Part shown: piece after piece, positions 12,873 to 23,685 of the stretch
Layout of the letters: each line of letters opens with the position of its first letter
Position numbering within the stretch: position 1 is the first letter of the stretch
NCBI GenBank assembly: GCA_964019425.1
Contig: OZ025795.1
Span: 186,001-250,000 of the forward strand
Direction of reading: 5' to 3'
Length of the DNA stretch: 64,000 nucleotides
Source: Flectonema sp. DT1601
Taxonomy: Eukaryota
Notes under the pieces: model-generated
What the model was told of the DNA's origin: nothing
The model's input: only the letters and a program-made list of their open reading frames with translations
Databases searched by the model: none
Translations under genes and position numbers: made by a program

Positions 12873-15800
12873 TTAAACAATAGTACGTAAGTGTTTATCC
12901 TTTAGAGCATCCTGTAGGATATCATCATCCTGTTTGTTTGATTTGGTTAGTCTGACGATAGTACTAAAGTAGGAATCAAATACAACAGAGAGACTAATGG
13001 CAAACATCTTCCGAGGTTGTCTGGACCCACAAAACATAAAGAAGGTCGTGCAGGGGATTCGACTCGGCTATCCTTCAACAACAGGCAGGCAATACGATGA
13101 ATGGAACAACGCACTCACAACAGCGGGCAACAAAAGGATGAAGACCAGACAATCAGACAGCCCGTCGTTGTTTGTCACCAGATCTGCACCCAAAGGGAGC
13201 AGGTAAGGCATCAGCTTGCAATACGACTTTCTCATCATGTGTCTGAAATTACTTCAAAGGAGATACATCAAGAGATTCTTGTACACGTGGGTGTGCGTTA
13301 ATTCCATATCCGGAAGGAACGCGACCGTATTGCGTACTTTCTAAAAAGAGATTGGGAACTTCTTCAACAACAAAAAGGATCAGCAGAGAAGCAGGAACAC
13401 GGCAGAAAAAGCAACGCTCAGACACGAAAGCTACGTCAACAAATAGCATTCAGGTGACTCACGGTCTGCAGAACTATGAGATCGGCTTTCTATCTCGTCA
13501 ATCATTCGCGTTGCTATTTTCCCCTCTTTTCCAACTCCCACAAAAACACAGAAAAGATGTCGCACACACAGAGCTCAGACAGCAGGACGGTAGTTGCAGT
13601 TTGGTTTCATGAGTAAAGGTTGGAAGCCATCAAATATTATGATAAGGTGATCATCTTCGCTCTGAATGACGACAACTCAAATCAACGAGAAGAAGAAGAA
13701 AGAACGACAAGGAAGCACGAAGTCAGCAAGTTTTAAACCTTTTTTCAAGTCACGAGAAATCAGAAGCAAGACTGGCGTTGGAAAGGTTGTGTGTGTTATC
13801 CATCATGTGAATCATGTGAAGGAAGTGAATGTTCGAAGACCAGACAATCAGACAGCCCGTCGTTGTTTGTCACCAGATCTGCACCCAAAGGGAGCAGGTA
13901 AGGCATCAGCTTGCAATACGACTTTCTCATCATGTGTCTGAAATAAATACATAAAAAGCCAGGTGTGAGGCCTCCCACAATACATAGCACAGCAAGGCTC
14001 AAATCAGACAAAGTAGTAGTAAGAAGTTATCGTCAAATATAATCCGACATATGCTTGTTATGATATGTGATCATCATATTACTTTAGACAGTCAGTTTCA
14101 GAGAAAGCAACGCTCAGACACGAAAGCTACGTCAACAAATAGCATTCAGGTGACTCACGGTCTGCAGAACTATGAGATCGGCTTTCTATCTCGTCAATCA
14201 TTCGCGTTGCTCTTTTCCCCTTTTTTCCAACTCCCACAAAACACAGAAAAGATGTCGCACACACAGAGCTCAGACAGCAGGACGGTAGTTGCAGTTTGGT
14301 TTCATGAGTAAAGGTTGGAAGCCATCAAATATTATGATAAGGTGATCATCTTCGCTCTGAATGACGACAATTCAAATCAACGAGAAGAAGAAGAAGAAGA
14401 GAGAACGACAAGGAAGCACGAAGTCAGCAAGTTTTAAACCTTTTTTCAAGTCACGAGAAATCAGAAGCAAGACTGGCGTTGGAAAGGTTGTGTGTGTTAT
14501 CCATCATGTGAATCATGTGAGAAGTGCTGGTATTCCAAATGCATGAAAGGAATCGAAAAAGAACAACGCACTCACAACAGCAGGGCAACAAAAGGATCAG
14601 CTTGAAGGCCGAAATTACTTGAAATCAATAAAAAGGATTTTCATACGAACGAGATCTATTGGGTAATTTCTATAACATCATAAAGCAACAAACAGAGTAC
14701 CAGCAGACCAGACGTCAAGGAGAAAATAAGATAACAATACATACCAACTCACTGTGATATTGAATAGTAATGAATTCTGTTGGATCATCGCATGTGTATG
14801 GTCGAGGCCGACCAAACGGACGCTCTTTACGATCTGTTATGGGCTGGGCGTTGATTGTAATAGCTGTTGATATATCCTCAAGTACAGAAGGTGGGATTGG
14901 ATTCCCAGATAGATCTAACGAAGTTAAAGTGTGATTACTTCTCAATGTAGTCTTTAAAGCCATTCCTCCTTCTTCAGTAATTTTATTATTACACAAATTT
15001 AACCTTGTAATGTATGGATTGATACGAAGAACATCAGCAAGATACGATGCTCCCTCAGAAGTAATCAAATTAGTCGACAGATCAATAGATTCTATATGTG
15101 TGTGAGTTAAGAGACTAGTACATAAGATTCGTACTGCACTATCATCAAAGTATCTCTTTCCATCCCATCTACTGTAGTCTAATGAAGTACAGCTTGGGTC
15201 ATCTGAGGTGAGTACCCTCATATCTCTCTTTAATAACACAGATTGGTTATTTATCATGAGAGCGTATTGCAATTCTTCAAGTGCGCCTTCTGAAATATTA
15301 TTATCAGAGACTGAAACTTTCCAAACTACGTCGTTAATGGCTAGGGCAGAAACCAGTGCTTTGATACCTGTTTTTTTTTTTTTTTTTTGAAACTAAGAAA
15401 GAGTAACATCGAAAAAAAAAAAAGAACAATAAATATACCCTTATCATCAAACTTGTTGTTTGAGAGAGAGAGTCCAGCGATGGTGGTATTTTCTTCTAAC
15501 ATGTCAGCAAGGTATCCAACCCCAACACTAGAAATCTCATTCCGACTTAAATCAACATCAGTAACTGTTATGTTGTCTCGCAGCGCAATTGCTAAGATTC
15601 TACAAGAGACGTCCCCATACAACTTTCTAGGACCACTAGTAGATGGTTCTTGACTAGCACTTCCACGTGACATATCAAGTGTAGTAAGTGATTCAACACT
15701 CGAATATATTGAAGGCAGTGTTCTCTTTAGAGTGAGTGGCTGACTGTTTAAAGCGATGACATCATCCAGCTGGTGGAACAGATTCTTTGCAACGTCATTT

Positions 15801-18103
15801 CCTTCAGCATTTAGAGAGACTAAAACGTCATTTACTTGAAGTGCTTCAATTAAGGCTTCTACTCCACTGTCACCTGTTTTGTTAATTGTTATTGTTGTGT
15901 GCAAATTTTTATGAAGATGAGGAAAACGAGTCATACCAATTCCATTATCGTCAAGGTTCAGTCTAACTAATGATCTATTCTGACGTATAGTTGCTGCGAG
16001 GTATTGACATCCCAGATCACCAATGGTGTTTCCAGCAATATTAAGTTCTGTTAAAGTGTTGTTATGAAGAAGGTATTCAGAGAGTGCTTTCGCGCCATCG
16101 ACTTCGAACGTGTTGTTAGATAAATCGATACTGATAATAGTCTCATTCTCTTTTAATTCATGACATAGAATGATTACAGCTGTGTCGTCGTAGTACTTAC
16201 CATCTGCTAGACTACCTAATTGTAAGTCGGTAAGTGTTGGATCTCCACCTCGTAATCGAGGAGCCATTTGTTTTAGTGACACTGGCTGTGTATTAATCGC
16301 ACAGGCAATTTGAATACTATTTTGCAATTCTTGAGAAATTTTATTTCTCCCACAAGATATCGACAACAGCGTGTTATTCACTTTCAATACCGACAACAAC
16401 GCATTTCCTCCAGCCTCAGCAATGTTATTTCCCTTAACATCGAGCTTTGTAAGAGTAGTATTGCCCTTTAAGCATTCAGACAAGGCAATTATTCCCCTGT
16501 CAGAAATGCTATTATAAGCTAGTAATAAAGTGTGAATTGATCTGTTGTCTTGCATAACGTTTGCTAAATGTCGAATACCGATATCACCGACACTGTTGTC
16601 GCTTAGATTTAGAATCTGAACCTGACTGTTAACCTGAAGAGATCTACATAAAATCATAACTGAATCATCATTGTGATATCTGGACCCGTCATACTCACTG
16701 AAGTCTAAGCGTGTTAGATTCTCTTCATTTGATTCTAATTTCGGTAACACCAATTTCAAAGCAATCGGTTGCAAATTTATAAACAAAGTGTCTTCTAAAG
16801 CGAACATCAATTGGTTACTTACCTCATTCAGTTCTAGGTTTACTGATTTTAGAGAATCATTTGTACCCAGAGACTTGATAAACTGCAACGCACCATTGTC
16901 ACCAATTTCATTATTAGCAAGATTTAAGTCAGTCAGTGAGACATTATCTTTTATTGCGATGGCAATGGCTTCTCCCCCAGCAACAGTTATGTTATTATTT
17001 GGTAGTTGAAGGCTTACAAGTACACGATTTTGTCTGATAACCGTAGCGATGTCAAGAGCACCTTCATCACGAATATGATTATTCGATAAATTTAAAGTCT
17101 GAACTGTCGTGTTTGCCCTCAGTGCAGCTGATAGAATACTTGCGGATCTTGTCATTTCTGATATGCATGAAAAATCAATTGCTTCTAATGTTGGATCGTT
17201 TGCTTGTGTTCTTTGAAGAGCTTTCTTTAATTGTAATGGCTGGCTATTTAACAACAACGCCTTCGATAACAACTCAAGTGCTCCTTGAGAAACAGCATTG
17301 TCACTTAAATCTAAATTCGTTATCTGATCATTTATTTTTAATGTTTCAACAAAAATTCGAGAAGCGTCATCACCAATCTTATTCTTCCTAAGTGTGAGGG
17401 ATACCAATGATGTATTTTTTCGTAACGCATCTCCAAGATCACGAACACCGTGTAGACCAATACCATTATTTGACAAGTTCAAGTCCGTGATAGATTCACT
17501 TTTCCTCAGTAATCCCGAGATTAATTCAGCACCTTTATCCTGTGTGCCTACATTCGCAAGTGATAATGTTGACAATTGCGTGTTGTATTTTAAAACGTCG
17601 GCAACGAGTTGACAGCTTAGATTACAACCACCGTATTGTGACAAGTCAAGTGTTGTTAAATTGGGATCGTTGTTTACCAGTTGAGGCATTGCTTGTTTTA
17701 GTGCGAGTGGTTGAGTATTAAGAAGACATTTACTGTTGATTGACTCAAGTAGTTTTGGTGATACTTGGTTCATCTCAACGTGAAGTGCTTTCAAGCTGTT
17801 GTTTATTTCAAGTATAGATTCTAACTGTTGTGCTCCTGCATCTTGCAATCGATTGTTCTCAAGATTAAGTTCTGTTAACGATCCGTTTTCTCTGAGAGCT
17901 TCAGCTAAAAACTCACCAGCAACAGCAGTTAGTTTGTTGCTTTGTAAATCTAATACTGTTAGTGTTGTGCTATGTTTCAATGCATCACAAACTTGTTGAC
18001 ATTGTAGATCATCAAGCCCTCTACTTGATAATGAAATCTCTTTGTGAGACTCGTCATTTGCGAGGATCTGCTGAATAGCTGATTCCAAACTAGTCGCAAA
18101 CAT
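12873..18103 (-). CDS. RNI-like/tropomodulin-like leucine-rich repeat protein with ~7 tandem LRR modules
   Basis: ORFs 15341-18103 and 14715-15272 have LxxLxLxxNxIxxxG repeats. Introns 15874-15936, 15368-15438 and 12930-14744. Last exon DDDILQDALKDKHLRTIV* (12929-12873) is in frame after the array-containing intron. Confidence 0.85.
12996..14682 (-). ncRNA. snoRNA array 1 (intronic in the LRR gene); modules in + order E F G A B C F H A B C D
   Basis: Near-identical copies of the box C/D and AGA-box modules, lying within intron 12930-14744. Confidence 0.85.
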
Positions 18104-18287
18104 TATTCTTTCAGACTTCTTCTACTAACATGAAGTGTTGATCACTAAAGGTGGGAGGGGGGGTTCAGACCTGATTTGATTTTATAAATAAAATACCGAA
18201 AACCCAAAACACAAATAACTAAACTGAATAACTCATAAATTAAATAAATTAAATCATCAGAGACAGAACCTGTGGTAAAAACAGAAA

Positions 18288-18393
18288 AGCAACGCTCAGA
18301 CACGAAAGCTACGTCAACAAATAGCATTCAGGTGACTCACGGTCTGCAGAACTATGAGATCGGCTTTCTATCTCGTCAATCATTCGCGTTGCT
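18288..18393 (-). ncRNA. Box C/D snoRNA module A (16 copies in window), target unassigned
   Basis: Terminal stem AGCAACGC/GCGTTGCT, C-like ATGATTG, internal CTGA (D') and terminal CTGA (D). Internal hairpin GAGAT..ATCTC. Confidence 0.7.
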
Positions 18394-18444
18394 GTTTTTC
18401 CCCTATTTTCCAACTCCCACAAAACACAGAAAAGATGTCGCACA

Positions 18445-18540
18445 CAGAGCTCAGACAGCAGGACGGTAGTTGCAGTTTGGTTTCATGAGTAAAGGTTGGA
18501 AGCCATCAAATATTATGATAAGGTGATCATCTTCGCTCTG
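18445..18540 (-). ncRNA. Box C/D snoRNA module B, predicted LSU rRNA Cm guide
   Basis: Stem CAGAGC/GCTCTG, C-like ATGATCA, D box CTGA preceded by ACTACCGTCCTGCTGT, antisense to the conserved LSU motif ACAGCAGGACGGUGG. The +5 rule gives the C of ACAG[C]AGG. Confidence 0.85.
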
Positions 18541-18597
18541 AATGACGACAACTCAAATCAACGAGAAGAAGAAGAAGAAGAGAGAACGACAAGGAAG

Positions 18598-18692
18598 CAC
18601 GAAGTCAGCAAGTTTTAAACCTTTTTTCAAGTCACGAGAAATCAGAAGCAAGACTGGCGTTGGAAAGGTTGTGTGTGTTATCCATCATGTGA
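18598..18692 (-). ncRNA. Box C/D snoRNA module C, predicted guide for LSU Am (yeast Am1133-equivalent)
   Basis: ATGATGG...CGCCAGTCTTGCTT-CTGA...CTGA. The D' guide is antisense to AAGCAAGACUGGCG (cf. conserved AAGCAGAACUGGCG); +5 gives AAGC[A]. Confidence 0.8.
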
Positions 18693-18772
18693 ATCATGTG
18701 AGAAGCGCTGGTATTCCAAATGCATGAAAGGAATCGAAAAAGAACAACGCACTCACAACAGCAGGGCAACAA

Positions 18773-18868
18773 AAGGATCAGCTTGAAGGCCGAAATTACT
18801 TGAAATCAATAAAAAGGATTTTCATACGAACGAGATCTATTGGGTAATTTCTATATCATCATGAGATA
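18773..18868 (-). ncRNA. Box C/D snoRNA module D, predicted guide for SSU Am in ACGA[A]CGAGA (human Am1383-equivalent)
   Basis: C box ATGATGA, D' ATGA preceded by GATCTCGTTCGT (antisense to ACGAACGAGAUC), D box CTGA. Confidence 0.8.
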
Positions 18869-18931
18869 TTGTGGAATCAATAACAACACAGAGAGGCGGA
18901 TCTCAGGCAAAGTCAGATGAGCGAATGGCAA

Positions 18932-18997
18932 ACATCTTCCGAGGTTGTCTGGACCCACAAAACATAAAGAAGGTCGTGCAGGGGATTCGACTCGGCT
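18932..18997 (-). ncRNA. Single-hairpin H/ACA (AGA-box) RNA module E, predicted SSU pseudouridine guide
   Basis: Lower stem CCGAG/CTCGG followed by A-AGA-TGT. Pocket arms GAATC and CCAGACAA pair around SSU UUGUCUGG-[U]U-GAUUC. 15 nt from pocket to AGA. Confidence 0.8.
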
Positions 18998-19076
18998 ATC
19001 CTTCAACAACAGGCAGGCAATACGATGAATGGAACAACGACCTCACAACAGCGGGCAACAACAAAAGGATGAAGAC

Positions 19077-19176
19077 CAGACAATCAGACAGCCCGTCGTT
19101 GTTTGTCACCACATCTGCACCCAAAGGGAGCAGGTAAGGCATCAGCTTGCAATACGACTTTCTCATCATGTGTCTG
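19077..19176 (-). ncRNA. Box C/D snoRNA module F, predicted guide for SSU decoding-site Cm (yeast Cm1639 / E. coli C1402 equivalent)
   Basis: Stem CAGACA/TGTCTG, boxes ATGATGA, CTGA, TGGTGA, CTGA. D guide AAACAACGACGGGC is antisense to GCCCGUCGUUGUUU; +5 gives G[C]CCGUC. Confidence 0.9.
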
Positions 19177-19204
19177 AAATTACTTCAAAGGAGATACATC
19201 AAGA

Positions 19205-19270
19205 GATTCTTGTACACGTGGGTGTGCGTTAATTCCATATCCGGAAGGAACGCGACCGTATTGCGTACTT
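19205..19270 (-). ncRNA. Single-hairpin H/ACA (AGA-box) RNA module G, predicted LSU pseudouridine guide
   Basis: Stem GTACGC/GTGTAC followed by A-AGA-ATC. Pocket arms ACGGTC and ACACCCA fit LSU UGGGUU-[U]A-GACCGU with one bulge. Confidence 0.7.
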
Positions 19271-19639
19271 TCTAAAAAGAGATTGGGAACTTCCTCAACA
19301 ACAAAAAGGATCAGCAGGGAAGCAGAGGAACACGGCAGAAAAAGCAACGCTCAGACACGAAAGCTACGTCAACAAATAGCATTCAGGTGACTCACGGTCT
19401 GCAGAACTATGAGATCGGCTTTCTATCTCGTCAATCATTCGCGTTGCTATTTTCCCCTTTTTTCCAACTCCCACAAAAACACAGAAAAGATGTCGCACAC
19501 ACAGAGCTCAGACAGCAGGACGGTAGTTGCAGTTTGGTTTCATGAGTAAAGGTTGGAAGCCATCAAATATTATGATAAGGTGATCATCTTCGCTCTGAAT
19601 GACGACAATTCAAATCAAAGACAGGTTCTGGAAAGGTTC

Positions 19640-19724
19640 TCAAATCAGACAAAGTAGTAGTAAGAAGTTATCGTCAAATATAATCCGACATATGCTTGTT
19701 ATGATATGTGATCATCATATTACT
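19640..19724 (-). ncRNA. Box C/D snoRNA module H, predicted guide for SSU Am28 (yeast) / Am27 (human)
   Basis: ATGATGA, D'-like CGGA preceded by ACAAGCATATG (antisense to CAUAUGCUUGU at the SSU 5' end; +5 gives CAU[A]UG), C' TTGACGA, D CTGA. Confidence 0.85.
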
Positions 19725-20746
19725 TTAGACAGTCAGTTTCAGAGAAAGCAACGCTCAGACACGAAAGCTACGTCAACAAATAGCATTCAGGTGACTCACG
19801 GTCTGCAGAACTATGAGATCGGCTTTCTATCTCGTCAATCATTCGCGTTGCTATTTTCCTCTTTTTTCCAACTCCCACAAAAACACAGAAAAGATGTCGC
19901 ACACACAGAGCTCAGACAGCAGGACGGTAGTTGCAGTTTGGTTTCATGAGTAAAGGTTGGAAGCCATCAAATATTATGATAAGGTGATCATCTTCGCTCT
20001 GAATGACGACAACTCAAATCAACGAGAAGAAGAGAGAACGACAAGGAAGCACGAAGTCAGCAAGTTTTAAACCTTTTTTCAAGTCACGAGAAATCAGAAG
20101 CAAGACTGGCGTTGGAAAGGTTGTGTGTGTTATCCATCATGTGATTCATGTGAAGGAAGTGAATGTTCGAAGACCAGACAATCAGACAGCCCGTCGTTGT
20201 TTGTCACCAGATCTGCACCCAAAGGGAGCAGGTAAGGCATCAGCTTGCAATACGACTTTGTCATCATGTGTCTGATATAAGTCAATTTAAAGAACTGTGA
20301 GTGTACATAACTAATGACATAAATATAAACAAAGGCTAACCAAATCAGTTATTATTGCTCCACGTGGCTTCTTGGTATGTGCTGTCAAATATGGTAATTC
20401 GAGGACCCATAATAAAAACCTGGATTGTGTCAAAAAGTTTACCAATTTAAAACATATAAGTGCTAACACTTTCGCAACAGTCGTAGACGTTTCTAACTTA
20501 GCTGCATACATCAGGGACATGCATGTCTCTTGCCCTATCATTAGATATCTTTCGCCTGTCGACGAAACAACGAGTTCCCAATTATAGCAACCCCGTCACA
20601 CGTTACGTTTACAGAATCTTCTGATCATTTTACTCTTTCACTGAAAACTGTTAAAAAGAATAAAATTAAAATAATAAAAGGGAAATTGGCTTTAACTTAG
20701 TTTAAAAAAATAAAGTTAAATGACAAACAAGAATCGATTCAGCACT

Positions 20747-20915
20747 TTACACTTGCTGATTAATCGCAGCTTTCACAGACTCTTCAAAGAGAGCGCTATT
20801 ATTTTGAGGTAACTGAACAGATTTCAGGGTGTTGCAATTATAGAGGAAACCAACCCCAAATTCCGTCACATCACTAAGAGAGAAAGGTCAAGAGAAGTGA
20901 TGCGCGAACAAGAGG
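20747..20915 (-). pseudogene. Frameshifted BspA-type (LRR_5-like) leucine-rich repeat fragment
   Basis: SCSRITSLDLS / LSDVTEFGVGFLYNCNTLKSVQLP...* needs a 1-nt frameshift near 20880. No intact upstream ORF. Confidence 0.5.
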
Positions 20916-21258
20916 GAAAAAAAAAAGAATTTCTGAAGTGGAACATATTCTGTGGTTGCAATTTCCTTTAAAATACTATTATGGCTCACTTCCCTTGAAC
21001 AGTTACGGATATTAACTTCTCAAGGATAAGAAATAAAAAGAGCAAGAAAAACTACCAAGCTGCCTCTTTCATTTTATTTTTTTAATTCCTTGCTGAGCAT
21101 TAAAACAGCTCAGAGGGAAACTCAACCTGTTGTTAAGTACTCAAAACACACGAGTGTGAATAAACATGAGCCGAGAAAGACGTGTAAAGAAGGGCAATAA
21201 TTACGGGGGATTAACTGTTCGATTTTGTACGTAAAATACAAATGAATTGCATCATAAA

Positions 21259-23685
21259 TGAGGCCTCCCACAATACATAGCACAGCAAGGCTCAAATCAG
21301 ACAAAGTAGTAGTAAGAAGTTATCGTCAAATATAATCCGACATATGCTTGTTATGATATGTGATCATCATATTACTTTAGACAGTCAGTTTCAGAGAAAG
21401 CAACGCTCAGACACGAAAGCTACGTCAACAAATAGCATTCAGGTGACTCACGGTCTGCAGAACTATGAGATCGGCTTTCTATCTCGTCAATCATTCGCGT
21501 TGCTGCTTTTCCCCTTTTTTTCCAACTCCCACAAAAACACAGAAAAGATGTCGCACACACAGAGCTCAGACAGCAGGACGGTAGTTGCAGTTTGGTTTCA
21601 TGAGTAAAGGTTGGAAGCCATCAAATATTATGATAAGGTGATCATCTTCGCTCTGAATGACGACAACTCAAATCAACGACAAGAAGAAGAAGTGAGAACG
21701 ACAAGGAAGCACGAAGTCAGCAAGTTTTAAACCTTTTTTCAAGTCACGAGAAATCAGAAGCAAGACTGGCGTTGGAAAGGTTGTGTGTGTTATCCATCAT
21801 GTGAATCATGTGAGAAGTGCAGGTATTTCAAATGCATGAAAGGAATCGAAAAAGAACAACGCACCCACAACAGCAGGGCAACAAAAGGATCAGCTTGAAG
21901 GCCGAAATTACTTGAAATCAATAAAAAGGATTTTCATACGAACGAGATCTATTGGGTAATTTCTATATCATCATGAGATATTGTGGAATCAATAACAACA
22001 CAGAGAGGCGGATCTCAGGTGAGTCAGATGAGCGAATGGCAAACATCTTCCGAGGTTGTCTGGACCCACAAAACATAAAGAAGGTCGTGCAGGGGATTCG
22101 ACTCGGCTATCCTTCAACAACAGGCAGGCAATACGATGAATGGAACAACGACCTCACAACAGCGGGCAGCAACAAAAGGATGAAGACCAGACAATCAGAC
22201 AGCCCGTCGTTGTTTGTCACCAGATCTGCACCCAAAGGGAGCAGGTAAGGCATCAGCTTGCAATACGACTTTGTCATCACGTGTCTGAAATAAATACATG
22301 AAATCCAGGTGTGAGGCCCCCCACAAATCATAGCACAGCAAGGCTCAAGTCAGACAAAGTAGTAGTAAGAAGTTATCGTCAAATATAATCCGACATATGC
22401 TTGTTATGATATGTGATCATCATATTACTTTAGACAGTCAGTTTCAGAGAAAGCAACGCTCAGACACGAAAGCTACGTCAACAAATAGCATTCAGGTGAC
22501 TCACGGTCTGCAGAACTATGAGATCGGCTTTCTATCTCGTCAATCATTCGCGTTGCTGTTTTTCCCCTATTTTCCAACTCCCACAAAACACAGAAAAGAT
22601 GTCGCACACGCAGAGCTCAGACAGCAGGACGGTAGTTGCAGTTTGGTTTCATGAGTAAAGGTTGGAAGCCATCAAATATTATGATAAGGTGATCATCTTC
22701 GCTCTGAATGACGACAACTCAAATCAACGAGAAGAAGAAGAGAGAACGACAAGGAAGCACGAAGTCAGCAAGTTTTAAACCTTTTTTCAAGTCACGAGAA
22801 ATCAGAAGCAAGACTGGCGTTGGAAAGGTTGTGTGTGTTATCCATCATGTGATTCATGTGAGAAGCGCTGGTATTCCAAATGCATGAAAGGAATCGAAAA
22901 AGAACAACGCACTCACAACAGCAGGGCAACAAAAGGATCAGCTTGAAGGCCGAAATTACTTGAAATCAATAAAAAGGATTTTCATACGAACGAGATCTAT
23001 TGGGTAATTTCTATATCATCATGAGATATTGTGGAATCAATAACAACACAGAGAGGCGGATCTCAGGCAAAAGTCAGATGAGCGAATGGCAAACATCTTC
23101 CGAGGTTGTCTGGACCCACAAAACATAAAGAAGGTCGTGCAGGGGATTCGACTCGGCTATCCTTCAACAACAGGCAGGCAATAAGATGAATGGAACAACG
23201 ACCTCACAACAGCGGGCAACAAAAGGATGAAGACCAGACAATCAGACAGCCCGTCGTTGTTTGTCACCAGATCTGCACCCAAAGGGAGCAGGTAAGGCAT
23301 CAGCTTGCAATACGACTTTCTCATCATGTGTCTGAAATTACTTCAAAGGAGATACATCAAGAGATTCTTGTATACGTGGGTGTGCGTTAATTCCATATCC
23401 GGAAGGAACGCGACCGTATTGCGTACTTTCTAAAAAGAGATTGGGAACTTCCTCTACAACACACAAAAAGGATCAGCAGGGAAGCAGGAACACGGCAGAA
23501 AAAGCAACGCTCAGACACGAAAGCTACGTCAACAAATAGCATTCAGGTGACTCACGGTCTGCAGAACTATGAGATCGGCTTTCTATCTCGTCAATCATTC
23601 GCGTTGCTGTTTTTCCCCTTTTTTTTCCAACTCCCACAAAACACAGAAAAGATGTCGCACACAGAGCTCAGACAGCAGGACGGTA
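21259..23685 (-). ncRNA. snoRNA array 3 (intergenic); modules H A B C D E F H A B C D E F G A B(truncated)
   Basis: Same modules. The last B copy breaks after GGACGGTAG at ~23685. Confidence 0.85.

Larger units (their letters stand above)
18285..20276 (-). ncRNA. snoRNA array 2 (intergenic); modules A B C D E F G A B H A B C F
   Basis: Same modules as the other arrays. The exemplar snoRNAs below are taken from this array. Confidence 0.85.

Noticed and set aside
13950..14002. Hairpin between modules F and H as a ninth snoRNA
   Set aside because: No AGA/ACA or C/D boxes, and it varies between copies; treated as spacer.
18285..20276. CRISPR-like or satellite interpretation of the arrays
   Set aside because: No short repeat with unique spacers and no cas genes; the context is eukaryotic. 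The modules are explained as snoRNAs.
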